This document shows positions 14,074 through 28,714 of a stretch of 64,000 nucleotides of DNA, in pieces. The notes under the pieces are model-generated. The model was given only the letters and a program-made list of their open reading frames with translations, was not told where the DNA came from and made no database searches. The stretch lies in the NCBI GenBank assembly GCA_965153455.1, contig OZ234493.1, positions 27,084,213 to 27,148,212 of the forward strand. The letters run 5' to 3'. The stretch comes from Sphagnum compactum. Its lineage: Eukaryota. Position 1 is the stretch's first letter; each line of letters opens with the position of its first letter. The position numbers and the translations under genes were made by a program.

Positions 14074-15496
14074 CTTCTGTGCTGTGCAGCAGAGATAGCA
14101 AAACAGTCTTCCTCCCAGTGTGTGTGTGTGTAAGTAATTTGGCTTGATTATTGTTGCCTTTTTTGTATACTTGATTTTCTCTTCTTCATCCTCACCTTCA
14201 CACAGTAGTAGCCTCTTATGTAACGTTGTGACTGTTGGTGGGAAATGTCACAACCTTCTTCTGCTTCCATCAGCAAACCATTCGTGCCCCGTAATAACAA
14301 AATATGATTTTATTTTTTTTTACCACTAAATTTTTTTGGTGGCGAATTTTCTCCATTTTTCCAAAAAAATACTTTTTATATAAAAAATAGTATTCTGTCA
14401 GAAATACCCTTTTTTAATAATAAAAAATCTCCATAAAATTTTTTTAAAAATTTAAATCGCTACACAATTTTGCCTACAATATGAAAAAGTTACTTAAGAT
14501 TTTCTATTTTTCATACTTTGAAAATCGCCAAATTTGACTCAATATACTTACGGACAATTGCCACTTGAGGAACATCACAAAATTGAAAAAAGAAACAACC
14601 CCTCCCAAATTCAACTAATTTTGCTAAGTTTTTTGAAATTTTCTCCTATTTTTCAATTTCACAAATTTTTATTTTCTATTTGGGACTCAATCAGTGTGTT
14701 TTTTTTTTGGTGGTGAATTTTTGAACTGTGGCGACCAAAGTAGACCCAGTGCAAATTATACAAGCGTTTTTGTTTTTGGAAAATAACTGCAAAAGTCCCC
14801 ATATTTTGATGAAAAAAAGTCACACGTCGCCATATTTAGACAGTGAGTTCCTATTGGTTGTCAGAACTAGGCGAGAATCTTTTTAAAATCTTCTTTAGTG
14901 TCTGACATTTAGCCAAATCTGGCTCATTCCTCTTATGGATGGTCACCATTCCACATAATTGAAAAAATTGGAAAAAAAAAAAAAAAAAAAAAACCCTGTA
15001 CTGACTAGCAACACAATAAAATCTTGAATTCATTGTATTTTGTAAAATTCTTTGTATAGGGTAGACCAGTTGATGACCGAACACTTAAGCACTCAGGGCA
15101 GGCCAGATCGAAAGGGAGGGCTCCGTTGTTTCTGGTTTCCAAACAAAACTTGAACCCCTCCTCTTGGCACATCTGACACACTAACAATCATCGAAAATGG
15201 ATTAGAAATGAGAAAGTTATGAGCCTCCCAAAGCAGAGGGGTCAAGAACTTAAAAAAACAAACCATCGAACATTACAAAGGCTGATTCTCAAACACTCAA
15301 AAAATTCATTTGATGTTGTTCAGTTGCTATTAGAGTTCAAAGATAATTTGTAGAACTTCAGATGACACTCTTATAGGCTAGCACTTAAAATTGTTTAAAA
15401 TGATCAACAAATAAGAAAGTTATGAGGTTTGAAAATAAGAGAGGTTCAAAGAGAAGAAAACAGAAAAAAAATTGCTTTTTGTAAGTTGGAAAGCTT

Positions 15497-15643
15497 ATTT
15501 TTCTTCTTGTTATTTTTTCATTAATCCTTTTCCTTTGCACTGCAAAGATGATTTCTAGAGCTTGAGGTAATTTTTCTTCTTGTTATTTTTTCATTAATCC
15601 TTTTCCTTCACGCCTCAAAAATGATTTCTAGAGCTTGAGGTAA
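15497..15643. repeat. Tandem duplication of about 73 bp
   Basis: TTTTTCTTCTTGTTATTTTTTCATTAATCCTTTTCCTT...ATGATTTCTAGAGCTTGAGGTAA occurs twice head to tail. Confidence 0.85.
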
Positions 15644-17093
15644 CGCTCCCTTATTTATGAGAGCAAAATAGAAAAAAAAAAACCCTGAGCGATGGACATT
15701 GAAATCTTGAACTCATTGTATTTTGTATTCTTCATATTCATATAGTCCGTAAGTTCTTCATGCTCAATTTTTAAATGTGAGGTCAATGCACATTAATTGA
15801 CATTTTAATTCATTGGAATTTTTATTTCAGAATATATATAACCAACCAGTTTTGGCATAAAATTGTATTGAAAGAAATGAGTTTAGCAGCCTTGCTTTTT
15901 AAAAACTTTGACAGTTTCAGAAGGGGTTTGCGGAAAATAAACCCTCCATTTTGCAATGCACTCTGGTTCAATTGTGGCTATGATCATACTTCTGCATTTC
16001 AAAGCATCTTTCCAAGCAACTTGGATGCATTTCAAAGCATCTCAAGACAAAGACCTGCATCCATTAATTCAGCCACATTAATGCCATCCTTGAAAACCTG
16101 CAATCTTCTTTTCACCTCAATGCATTATTCCAGGGCAGAATAGCAACAGTTTTTTTTTTTGGGGACAACTTAAGTTGGTGACCTCATATATATGCCCTCT
16201 AATAAATGCAAGAACCAAGTCGCCACTCATAAGATGGTGAGGCAAGAGACTGCAAATGCTCTAAAACTATTTCTCCCCTTCCAAGTCTCTCAAATTCATG
16301 CATCATTGACCATTAAAACTCTGAGTCAAAATCAACCTTCCATGTGGCCACAGTAACACTGCACAGTACCAAGGGAAAGAAACAGCATGCCACAAGAAGT
16401 GCTGTATCAACCACAAAAAAAAAGACTTTTCTAAACAGGTTCAAATACAGCAGTGTTATGATAGACATATCTACAAGATTGCAGAGCAAAACCCCACTAG
16501 CATTTTGAAGGTCATGGATCCAGCATATCCACCAAAGCCAAACCAAAAGCCCCAACAATGAGTGCAGTCAAAAGTACTACTTACAAAGCATCAGACCATC
16601 ACCTTCATCATGGATAGTAGTGATGAGCTGCTATGCCTCTCCACTGTCAGTGAATGTAGACAATTGTATAACAATCTGCCAAAAATTTCAAGCAAACAGT
16701 TATACATTCATCTGCATCCTGAGTTTCTCTTGCTTTTCTATTGGATTTCCAGAAACAACAGGAAGACTCAGTCATGATGTTGGCGAACACTTAAGAGATG
16801 CAGCTAATCAAAGAGTCACTGGTAACCTCATTCAAGCAATAGCAAGCTTGCAAGGGCAAGCTTCATTTCATTTTAGCTTGTCCCTACCATTTACACAGGT
16901 TCATTGTAAACAGTGCATAACTGACCTAAGCTGAAGGAGGTCAGAAGCCTGGGTATTAAAAAAAGCCATAAGTCAGTGTCATGGCAGGATGAACAATTTC
17001 CACAGACAAATGAGATATTATGGATATTTTACAATGAAGGGGTGTAACAGAAAGAGGAAGGGGGACCGATTGGAATGAAGAGAGAGAGAGATA

Positions 17094-18389
17094 TTAGGTG
17101 TGAAGGTAATTGGCAGCCATCATCAACTCAAGAGTCATTTCTGGATCAATGTGGAACTCTGTCTCCTTGCCACTGCACAGAAATGTAACCAAGCTTGTCA
17201 TCAGAGTCCATTTCCTTCCCTGCTTATATACAATCTTTCTCCATTGTGCTACCTGTACAAGTACTTGATGCTTGATCCCCTTTTACAAAAACTTTCAATT
17301 GAGGGCTCAGCACTCCCTACTGATTTTAAACCTAATTATACACCCCCACACAACCCCTTCCCCCCCCCCCCCCTCTTCTTGCTCCCAAACCAAATGTGCA
17401 TAATTTCACAACTCCAAATGCTAGTGAGTTGGAGCAAGAGACTAACCTAGCAAATTGCAAGGACCAGTAAAAGTACTGGCATACTTTCTCAAGAATCGGT
17501 GCACTGATCTCCGGGAACCTCACTTCTCCCAACTGAGTCTCTGTGAAACTACCTGTACAAGAGGACATCAGCTCAATAACTCTGTTTATATGTTCCTCTT
17601 CAAAGAAAGGACCTGATGATCACAGGAAAAAGTCTCCCAAGATTACCTTACAGTACCAATGTCCAGACTCCAGAACAATGAAATTGAAGGGATCATGCAA
17701 ATTGTCCATAGTTTCAGATTTTTGCAAGCTCAATCTCTCTGGACATAACCAAATGGATAACAAATACAGGACATGGGCATTTGATGATATAAGAAGAAGA
17801 AGAAGTGCTATAACCTAGAGAAATCCCCTCCCATTTTCAGAACCCTAGAAGCAGATTGCAAATCTCAATTGCATATGAGATGTCGACCAACGAGTAGAAT
17901 CGTCAAAGAGACATCATCATTTCACGTTTCACACACAGGAAAGCCAAGCAATATATTCCTTTAAGAGGGAAAAAAAAAACACATACAAACACACGCACAC
18001 CTGCACACAAACCCTAATCCAGTCCGAGAAACGTGAAGAAGAAAAATGGAGCGAAGGAACACACTTCCCAGCCAAGTAGTAATACACACGACACGACTAG
18101 GAAACAAATTGTGAAGAACTGCAAAACCCTAGTCAATAAAAACACAGAGAAGAAGAAAGCAACGGTCTAAGGAGCTTGATATAGGGCATACCATCTCCAC
18201 AGAAGAAGAAGACGAAGAAGAAGAAGAAGAAGAGAAAGGCAATGGAAATCGAGTCAAGGATTTGATTTCCGCACCAGTTGAAGTTAACATATTCTTCAAC
18301 GTATTGGAGACCAGCGCCGCCTCCCGCTCTATAACGAACTCGTAACCTTCGGCGCTTATGAGCCTCACCGTATCCTCCTTTCGCACCAT
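17094..18389 (-). CDS. ELOC: Elongin C (transcription elongation factor B polypeptide 1)
   Basis: Exons 18389-18275, 17552-17447, 17172-17094 give MVRKEDTVRLISAEGYEF...GSFTETQLGEVRFPEISAPILEKVCQYFYWSLQFASGKETEFHIDPEMTLELMMAANYLHT*. Confidence 0.95.
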
Positions 18390-18929
18390 CCTCTCCGCCG
18401 CCGCTGTTCTTCTTTTCCGTCTGTCTCTTCTTTCTTCCTTCTTCCTTCTTCTTTCTTCTTCTCTCCTCAAGTGTTCAACCCTAATACCCAAGACTACCAA
18501 AAACGCTTCACTAACTTTTGTATACAAGGGAAAATTGCAGGCGTACTAATTAATATACATATGGGATTAAAGCTAGGTGCTATTGGGAACACCTTTTGGG
18601 AACACATTGAGAACCTAGGGAAACCCAAGACTATTTCAAACATTTTATTTGAACAATTTGAACAAACTATTTTCATCTATTAGCCAATTGAATGCACTTC
18701 AAAAGCTTCACATGGTGAAAGGAACAAAGCAAAAATGAAAAAAATCTTTTATATAAAAAAAATCCATGAAAGATCTAAATGTAAACCTTTTGCATACATA
18801 AAAATACAATGGCCTTTTTTTCCTCAAAAACTAGGACCTTTATGAAATGTAAGGTTCTATTGACCATTGATCAGGATCTTGTGTAGGTCGTAATATTCTT
18901 GCATGAGGTTTACGCCTTCACAAGCCACA

Positions 18930-19188
18930 ACAAAATAGAAAGGGAAAATGATGATTGTTTTTTTTTATGTAGGTGTGAAGATTTTTTTCCGAGCCAATGG
19001 GTATTGTTGAATTTCTTTTCTTACTTATCTTTATTGAAGTAACAATCCAATGTGTAATACAAAATACAAAGGGAAAATGATGATGGTTTTTTTTTTAATG
19101 TAGGTGTGAAGATTTTTTCCAAGCCAATGGGATTGTTGAATTTGTTTTCTTACTTATCTTTATTGAAGTAACAATCCAATGTGTAATA
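18930..19188. repeat. Tandem duplication of about 128 bp
   Basis: AAAGGGAAAATGATGAT...GTAGGTGTGAAGATTTTTT...AACAATCCAATGTGTAATA occurs twice. Confidence 0.85.
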
Positions 19189-22100
19189 TTGAAATACCTT
19201 GGCAGCTTCAGCACAAATTTTTAATTTTGTCGAATTTTTCAAAAAATAATTAGTTTATTACGTCGAATAATTCAAAATTTATGGTCAGATTTGAGCCCTA
19301 GTCCTCTCCAATATTGTAGAAATGTGTGGAAACAACAAAAAAAAAACTTTTCGATAATGGAAGTAGTTTTATTATATTTAATTTGTAGTTGTTGAAATTT
19401 TCAAAATCAACATTAAATTATCAAATTAAATTCTCAAAATTAATTATTTGACAAAACCAAGGTATTACACTAACTATTTATAGACAAGGTTCTTGCATTC
19501 TATTATAATTAAAAGTTGATTTGAAACTTCTAAAAAAAAAAGGTCAAATAATTTATTTATTTAAAAAGGTATATAATTATTCTAAACATGCCCAACACCA
19601 CACATAGGTTTATGATTAAACACCTACATAGTGTAGAGTGAGGTCAACAATTAAATGTTCACAAGGTAACCCATTGTCGAGATTAACATCTATTACCAAA
19701 TGCCCAATTTTTTAAATGTGTTTGGTTTTTTTTCTCCACAAGGTTATAATGGGCTTATATTGTATTCGAGTTTTTTTTAACAAGGTCAAAATGAGTTTTT
19801 TTGTGTATTTGGTTATAGGTGTAAATCTGGGCAATTTAAGAAAATAGTGACCACTATTATGGTGCGGTAATGTTTTGTTAAGAGGGTTGAAGTGACCAGA
19901 CAAATATGTACAATTATCCATAAATGAAACAAGCGCAAAAAAGAAGGGCTTATTTATTTGTCTTTGGTTTTCGGTGTGTTGTAGGTTAATTTCTAAAATC
20001 ACCCATATTAACTTGAGTTAATCTATTGTTTAGTGATGGGGATTGTTAATTTAATGATAGAAAATGAGTTGAACATAAATGTGCAAAAACCTTAAATGTG
20101 TTCCCATGTTTAAATGTGAAGCAACACAATTAAACACAACAATAAGGAGCTTCGATTTTCAATAGTCAAGTCGAAACATTTATGATCATCTTAAAAGTCA
20201 CACCATTTTTGTAAACATTTCATCCCCGCCAAAACAAATCAACACATTTACAATTTAATTAAAGTTGATTACAATCAAACATCCACTTATCATATTCCTA
20301 ATCTCAAAAAATTTAACATGTTTGATCTAGCAAAAAAATATCCAAAATTAATTTCGATGTTTTTTTTGTCAAAAAATGAGTTCCTAATGCCATTGTTTTG
20401 AAAGCTAAAATAAATGATGACAAACCAAAGCTCAAAGTGGAAGGTGTTGAAAGTGTAATCAAGTATGAAAATAAATGTAGACATATTAAAACAAGTTCAA
20501 AAAGAGCATATTATAGTACCTTTACCATTTAAGCCATAATTAAAATAGTAATAATAATTTCAAAATTTCAAAATTTTTACTAACTACCTTGTCAAAAGTT
20601 TTACAAACTTAATTTTGAAAATTTGAAAATTATGGATCATTATGTTCATTTGTCCATGAGCACTTCTGATTTTAGCCATCACACATGAATTCTAATAATA
20701 AATATTTATTTGAAATCAGTACATGCCTTAAATCATTATAATTGATTGACTCATTTTGTGAGAGTCTAATTTAACAACATTTAAACTACTTATTTTTTTA
20801 ATACCCATATAATTACATAAATATTTATTGCAATAATATGCTAGATTATTATTTTTCATTTTTATTATATCCAATTTTTAAAAAAAATTGTGATTATAAG
20901 GCCAAAATGAAAAATAAAATTCAAAATGGTAAAAGTATTATGGTACATAAACAAGGATTGCAAAGAACAATACAAAAGTTGAGACAAAAGTTTTATTAAC
21001 AAGGGAAGAGGATGCTGCAATAGTTGCATGAATTTTTGCTATACAAAAAATAAGATTATCAATATGAACATAGCAAAACTCAAACCTTGACCACCACCAT
21101 TTAAAATTTTAATATTAGGGAATAATTAATGATATTAATTGAAACATTGACACCCATAATTGACTATTTATTGTCTTGAGCATAAAAATTACCATCACAA
21201 CAAGATTTCCAAATGACACAAAAAAAACCTTAAATGTAAGCTCAAACATGAAAACAAGATTATAAATAATTCCTAATAAAGAGCCTAGTGGTTACCTTTG
21301 TGGCCTTCACAATTACTAAATGTGCAAAAAAAATAAATGGATTATAATTACATTATATAAGTATTCAAAAATTAAAAATAAAATTAAAAAATTCATTTTT
21401 TTATAAAAATAGTGGTTTAAAAATGGTAGTTACACCATGCAACAAAATTATTGCTTAGTATGTAATAATATTATCTTAAGAAGGAAGGAAAAAACACACA
21501 TTTTTTCAAACCAGTGAAAGAAAAACAAAAAAGACAAAGGTAGTTTACAAATAGTTATTTTACCTTATAACATAATTATCACCTAACATAAATATTTTTC
21601 AATTAAAAAATAAGTGAAATTTTTTCAACAAGGTGGTCAACTAAAAAAAAATTAAAATAAGTCCATAAGTACCTTCAAGTTTTCTTATTACAGTAACAGC
21701 TTTTTAGGTTCAACAAAAATTATATTATTTTTTAAATGCCAAATTTTAAAAAAATTATGGTCACTTCCTGTTGAATTTTTTAAAACTATTTTTTATTGAA
21801 GCAAAAATTTCATAGGATTCTTGAATTATTTTTTAAAAATTTCCTTTGCCACTAAACACCCCTTAAAGAGAATCCAACACTTCTTACAAGCTTACTAGTG
21901 TAACCTTACAAAGAACTGCATTGTTTTGCCATGGTTTTTCATTTTTTTCCCTTTTTGAATTTGTGTATGCAATAAATGTAAAAAATGAACCATGTTTTTC
22001 AATGCCTAATGGTATGCCAATGGTTAGTGCCATATTTTTTACAAGGGAAGATCTAGCATCAAAACTTGTGCCATGAATCAAAACATTTGTGTTGAACATT

Positions 22101-24043
22101 GGTGATGAATAACATGCGTTTCCAAACCATATCTTCTTCATTATTCCACCAAAGTATTATGCATGTGCATCTTCCATTATTAATGGAAAAATATAACAAA
22201 GTGAAATTAATTTTTTTTTAAAAGCAATCATTCCCATTTTCCTTTAGTTTTCAAATCTTTCATCATTTTCCTTCTACATAATAGTTTTTTCCTTCAAATC
22301 TAATCCAAAATCCTTACATTTAATGCAAACTAACCTATCAAGTAACATTTTAAAATTAATTAAAATTAACATCATTTCCTAATTTAATGAAAGTAATAAG
22401 TGAACCTATTATTGATTATTTTTACAATTATCAAGTTGCCCTACTAACCCAATTCAGTAACGAGTTTAAGTAGAATTTACCTTTCAACATTGATAATCAA
22501 AAACAAAAAACATAAAATGTGTAAAAAAAAATTTTAAACATAATTTTATTAAAACAACGTAAGAAAACATAAATTTGAAGTGAAGGAAACAAAACTATGG
22601 TGCACAATCATACTTCAAATTGGTGTTGAACAAATTAAAAATAATTATGAAAATTATTTTTATGTATACACACATTTGGGAACTTAATTCAAAGAAACTC
22701 CCATATAAAAATATTTGAAAATATGGATGAAAAATGGTCATTCATACATGATGATGTTGGCAATGATGTTGATGATGATATTAGCAATAACTTGGGGAAC
22801 TATTGTGAGACATTATTTATAACATTCATCAATCGAAAGGATTATAAAGCACAAGGACTAACGATTTAACCCTAATAAACATTATATATACAGATGGACA
22901 AACATTGTACAATGAACCCAATTATTTTGCATACCACATTTGAAATTTAAATGAATATATAGTTTAAGTAAACAAATAGGCAAATGTAAAGTTATAGCTA
23001 CATGTTTTGGACCAACAACATGATTCATGATGTTCTCAAAACATGAAAGAACAAACACAATGCACATTTTGCAAACCATGAAATGCATATGATCACCTAT
23101 TTTGTTTAAACAAAACAAACAATTTTTATTTATTTTTAACATTGAATCTCCATATATATGAATTGAAAATAGAAAATTCATGAACTAACATACCAATGGT
23201 CGATCATTTTAGCCAACGACTAGATATTTTCTTACAACTTGAAATGTTTATAAATATTTGTCCACCCCAAGACAGTGCTCAAAACTGAGCAAAATTTTGC
23301 CTCACAATTGCCCTAAAATACGAAGGCAAACAAGAACACGTTTTGTTACATGTGGAGAAATTTCCTAGTCTATTTGGAGAGCACCTTACAAAAGAGAGGA
23401 TATTACGCCTAATCCCTAAGAGTGGGTCGGATCTTAGACCTGCAAGCCTAAGGTCTGTAAGAGAAGTAGATGGCATAAGAAGGCTCCCCTTCATATGCCT
23501 TGTGATCAACATATGTTTAGGTTCATGATAACCTTGGCTTTGCCTTGTGCTCTCCATTGGGTAAAGCCAATGCGTTGGGTACAAGTCCCAAAATGTGGGG
23601 CCAAGCCATGTAGTAGTATTAGTACCTATGTAGTATATTTGCAAGAGCACCGTTGAGGAAGGTGATAATTGTCCCAACTCTGAAAGTGTAGAAATATCTC
23701 TCATAAGAATGAAGAAATCTCCATTCTCAAGACTAAGAAAAGGCAAAGCAAGGTTAACACTTCTTCAACCAGCCGCAGAGAATTCCAAAGAAGAAAAGGA
23801 AAAACAGAGAACAAAGCACCAAGAAACAAAACAACATGAAAGCTGTAGAAACTAGGGAGTCCACTAGCAGACTCCATCCACACAGTAAGGTGGGGGGGGC
23901 TGTTACCCAATGTGTTGGTTGGAAAGGGCAATTCGTCAAGAGACACATGCAAGGGGTTTTATGACCATTCAGGCACAAGGATCATCACCACCCCCACTGC
24001 TGGTTTTTATTGATCTGACAAGAGGAGCACCACCACCACCACC

Positions 24044-25400
24044 ATGGACATATGTCCCCTTCTTGAGACATGTGCAGCACAACACACTCTTCTCACCCCT
24101 TATCAGATCAGAGAGCTCTGTCTGTTTGCTATGAACTCATCATACATATGAGAAAGAAACATAAAGTCCCACAATGCATAGAGGGCAAGATTCATCATAA
24201 TCAAGACCCCCGAGATGTTTGATGACAAAGACCTGTCTCTGCCCGGTCCAAGAAGGGTTCTGATATGTGCAAAACATACAAGCAAATTGTGTGTCTCAAA
24301 AGGATGCTCACCTGCCTTCTCCTGTGCAAACAAGGTCAAGGTTTCACCTCTGCGATTGTCAGATTGGTGTGATGTGCCTTGCTCATGTCCTAGCTCTCCT
24401 TCTTCAGCTCTTCTTTGCTCTAATCCTGTCTCAAAGCCTTGCTTAAGACTGAACTCCCCTGCTGGCTCTAGACCCACATCTCCTATGTTAGCTCCTTGCT
24501 CCAGTCGTACCAGTTGTGTTGCCTGCTCAAGACTTGTGTCTCCTGCTCATTCAAATTCCAACTCTCCTCACTCAAGGCCTGTCTCTCCTCCTCATTCAAG
24601 ACCTCCCTCCCCTAGTAAATGCCAAAGATCCATCTCCACCACATCTGGGGGCTCAAGGCCTGTCTGCACTTCTTGCTTGTTACCTTTCTCTGGTCCTCTC
24701 TGCAGACCTATCTCTCCTTGCTCAAGATCTGTCTTCTCTCCATGGCCAAAACCTGTTGTCCCACGCAAACACCCCTCTGTCACCAGGGGACGTGACAAAA
24801 GTCCTTCCTCACAACAAGATTCATCACTACAATGTAAGCTCTATATTCCTTGCAGAGACTGCCACTGTCACAAAGTCTGGACTACTGCTCATGGACGTCC
24901 AGCATCCTGTTCAAAAACAACTCTGTGTCGAAACTGCCCTTGTCATAATAAGAAGTCAAGTCCTTCTAGAGGGAGGAAAAGCTCAAATGTCAACAGACCA
25001 AGGTCTTCATAACACCCAGATAGACGTCATGGTAGTCCCTCTAAAGGAAAGCTGGTGACAGCAGAAAATGTGGGATTGACTCCTACATCTACAAATCCAT
25101 CTTCCCCTTGTAAAGCAACTCCTTGAATTGTATCTTCTTCACCAGGCTCATCACCACCCAGAGTGCCAACAGAGAGGTGCTGTCAAATTCAGTCCATTGG
25201 CAATCACTTCAGAATCAATGAATTGGAATCCCTATCTCCGAATTGCACAGCTTCATCCTAAAATGTGTGGCCTTGAAAGCTCAGTCAACCTTTCACCTGA
25301 CGCTTCAAAAGGAATTAGTCCCAATGAAGTTAAGCCAAAGCAACAATGCTCCCAGCCTGCAACACCCAAAAGGTGAAAGCAGCAACTCTCACAACAGCCA
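24044..25400 (+). pseudogene. Decaying orphan Ser/Pro/Cys/Arg-rich reading frame with SRP[VIT]SP repeats
   Basis: Open frame 24215-25012 (265 aa). The same frame continues up- and downstream with similar composition but scattered TGA/TAG/TAA codons. No recognisable domain. Confidence 0.45.
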
Positions 25401-26457
25401 GCTTGAATGATGATCTGAGGGTGGGAAGTGGCAAAATGCTGCTGCTGCGCTGCTGCTCCCTCATGTGCTGTTACCTTGATCTGTGAGTAGAGGACCTTGC
25501 AGCACATGGAGGTAGGTGTGCCAGATCTATGTTCTTCCACCTGTTTCTCTACAATCCTGGAATTGATCTTAAGACTCTCTCAGCAGAATTTGCAAGAACA
25601 CACTGAACTGTGTAAACTTTGACACTGAAGCATATAAATAACTGTCTATCTCTTATCATAAGATCAGATCTTTCTTCAATAGCAGAAGTATCCTAGACTC
25701 TTCAAAACTGGCTCCATAGAAGCAATGGGGAACAGTGCAGAGCACATAAGCTCAAAGTGGATAACATTTCTCAATTTCTGTTCAGATGCACAGTGCAGGT
25801 AAGCAGTAAGTAGAAAGTTTAGTGTTATCCAACAAATGCCACTGCAGGCTTTGAGCAACAAGCTGAACAAAAATTGCATAACAAGCAATATAACTGAACT
25901 GAACTAGCACAGTATCTCTGCAACAGCATTCGATTCCAGTTTCAATGCTGATCAAAGAAGTCACTTGAAATTCCAGAGCTTCTCCCATTCACCAATTGGG
26001 AAATGCTGATGATGGTGTTCATAGTACGTATCAGGATGCCTAATGCTTGTCAACTTGCAACATCCACAAACTGTCTCAGGAAATACATGTCTACTGAGGT
26101 TTGTCACTTAAGTAGTGATCAACCTGAGTCCTTAGAACCTTGACAAGAAGGCATCTAGAAGGCTAAAATGCAAATCAAATGAGACAACACGATTGATTAG
26201 CAGGAGCCATAGCAAGGATGCTATTGAGCAAACCACCCTTCAACAAAATATGGTGATTCTCTTTCTCTTGCTCAATAAGATATAAGGAGAATTCCTGCCA
26301 TAAAACTCTGATGGTTTGCAAAGCACTGCAAACCACCATCAACCTTGAAGCCTGGCAAGATTTGCACCCTGTAAGTATTAGGAATGCATTGACAAGACAT
26401 CAGCAACACTCTACTGTAAACCCAAAGTGTGCCGTATGTGGTCAATATGTCACACTT

Positions 26458-28264
26458 TCAGCTTGAACGCCTGCTGTCATAGTCCAAGATCTCTTCATCT
26501 GTGACAGACTTTGAATGCCGAACAATAGAACGCCCAATAGAGTTAATCCAGTCCTCTTTTTCCTGAATTTGAGACACAATTGAACATGTCAAGCAAAGCT
26601 CTGGACATGCTGTTAATGCTCTAAACACAAAATCTTAAGTCTGATTACAAATGCACCATGACCATATTTCAGCAAGCTGCTGATTTCTGTGAAACTGCTT
26701 AAACAGAATATATAATCACCTTTCTTTAACACACATGCTCTAACAATTCAGACATTGAATGAAACAGAAATGAAGAGGAACCAAATAAAACCATTGATGT
26801 CCTATTCAGAGTTCAGACAAAGAAACAAAGAGAAAGAGAAAGCTCTCCAATACAGGAAGATGGGGGGGAATGAGAAAGTAGTTGCCAAAGGGGCCTGCAC
26901 AACACCTTGTCTGTATCAGCAATAAAATACATTGTTTCCTTGCTTGTAGAAATCTCAAATGCAAATTGCTTGTTCAACACATCCTCAGCACCCTTCACTG
27001 TTAAACAGTTGCGGACAAGAATCACCCCTCTTGGCTTTGAATTCTGCATCACCTCCAATGATGAAGGTTCAACTATTACAATTGGGAAGCATAAGTGATC
27101 AACAGCTTCTAGCAGCAGTATACAATGTTATGTTGACCTCGACAGATGAAATCTCATGTCATTGACAAACCCCTTGCATGGAGCATTGAATATGACCACA
27201 AGCATTGTTACTGTGCAAAATAGAGTTTGTATGCAGTTCTGTTGCAAATTCATAGCAAAGCCATGTAAAAATGCTGCTGCAGGAAGGAGAAGCATCCTAG
27301 ATTTCTTAGGGGTTTGGAAGCAATACGATCCTTTACCGGAGACACATAGTTCTCTTTGAACCAGAAAATGTGGCCTTCCTTCAGCACAAACCATCTTCTA
27401 CGCCATGTCTTGATATATTCTCCTGCAAATTGCAAACAAAGCCTGCTCAGATGATAACCCCAAAAACCACACACACACACACACACAAACAGTTCAATGG
27501 ACAAGTATATGAACACTAGTGTGCATTTAGTCACTTCACATTTTTCAAGGAAAGGAAAAATGTGAAGATGAAGAGACCCTGCTTCAAAAGCCAGCCTGAT
27601 CGCTCTGGGTTGTTCCAAAATTGTACCTGCCAAAATTCTAAACTGTCAGCATGCTACCTCCATTTTCTTTGCCTTAGAATTTCTTTCTCTGGGTGCATAC
27701 CTGCACTCTTTGAAAACCTTGCCCATCTGTCGTATACCCCTAAAATCCAAAGCCACAAGTTTGAAGAGACTGTGTGAAACCTAATTAATACGAACATTTT
27801 GATACAACATCTTGTGACAATCCCAATTTTTCTAGCTTCTTGATTGCTTAAAAACAAAGATCACAAAGTCCTCTCCGACCTAACCCTAATTTCTAGACTC
27901 TAAATGTTTTATGTTTGAATGACACAATCCAGCTTTGTGATACTAGAAAACTGAGGATCTCTATTCTGTTCTCACTCAGGAAATTGGATGTCCAGCTTCT
28001 TCGCCATCTTTAAACTCTAACAAACCACATACAATTCGACCCCCAATCAAACACAAAAATTGTTCCCTGCAACCCTAACTTTTCTGTTGGCCTTTCCCGC
28101 ATGGAAAAAAAAAAAAAAAACCCTAAAAAGAGAGATGCACAAACACAACAACAACAACAACAACAATAAAAAAGCAAAAGATCCTGTAAACCCACAGTTT
28201 GAGATTTTACCTGAACCTCATCTTCCTTCTTCTTGTCGGTGAAATAACTCGTCAGAGCTTCCAT
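26458..28264 (-). CDS. PH1: Pleckstrin homology domain-containing protein 1 (AtPH1-like)
   Basis: Exons 28264-28211, 27626-27578, 27422-27337, 27043-26906, 26562-26458 give [29 protein letters not shown]...CLTVKGAEDVLNKQFAFEIS...MYFIAD..KEKEDWINSIGRSIVRHS...LDYD; TGA at 26460-26458. Confidence 0.93.
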
Positions 28265-28714
28265 CGCCCAGTGTTGAGAAAACAAAACCCCACTCCCCCA
28301 AAGAAAAACAAAACAAAAAAAATCACAGACGCTGGAGGATTTTTAAATGGTTTTGTTTTTTCTTTCTCGCTGCGTCCACCCAAACTTACAAATGGGTGCT
28401 TAAATTTGCGAGAAAGATTTTTGTAGTTCAGAGAATTCCCTTCACAGACACTCTGCTCACCCCCCCGGCCCCTTCTCTCTCTCACTCTCTTTTACACTGA
28501 GAAAGCAGCGCACACGTTTAATGAAGCACTGCTGGCAGAAAGTAGGAGAGAAAAGGAGTACGAAGTTGGGGGGGAGTTTCGAACTCGTGTCCTTTCCATC
28601 CTAATCTCCCACCCCCACTTTTTCCCTTACGAATTCTCCTTCTCAATCTGGGCTCCACAAAAATAGGGACCGATTTCCAAAAAGGCCATGAAAGTGCGGA
28701 GCAAAGGGCCATCA

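Noticed and set aside
23279-23746. 155-aa minus-strand ORF
   Set aside because: No recognisable family motif and a non-ATG start; probably spurious or a TE relic.
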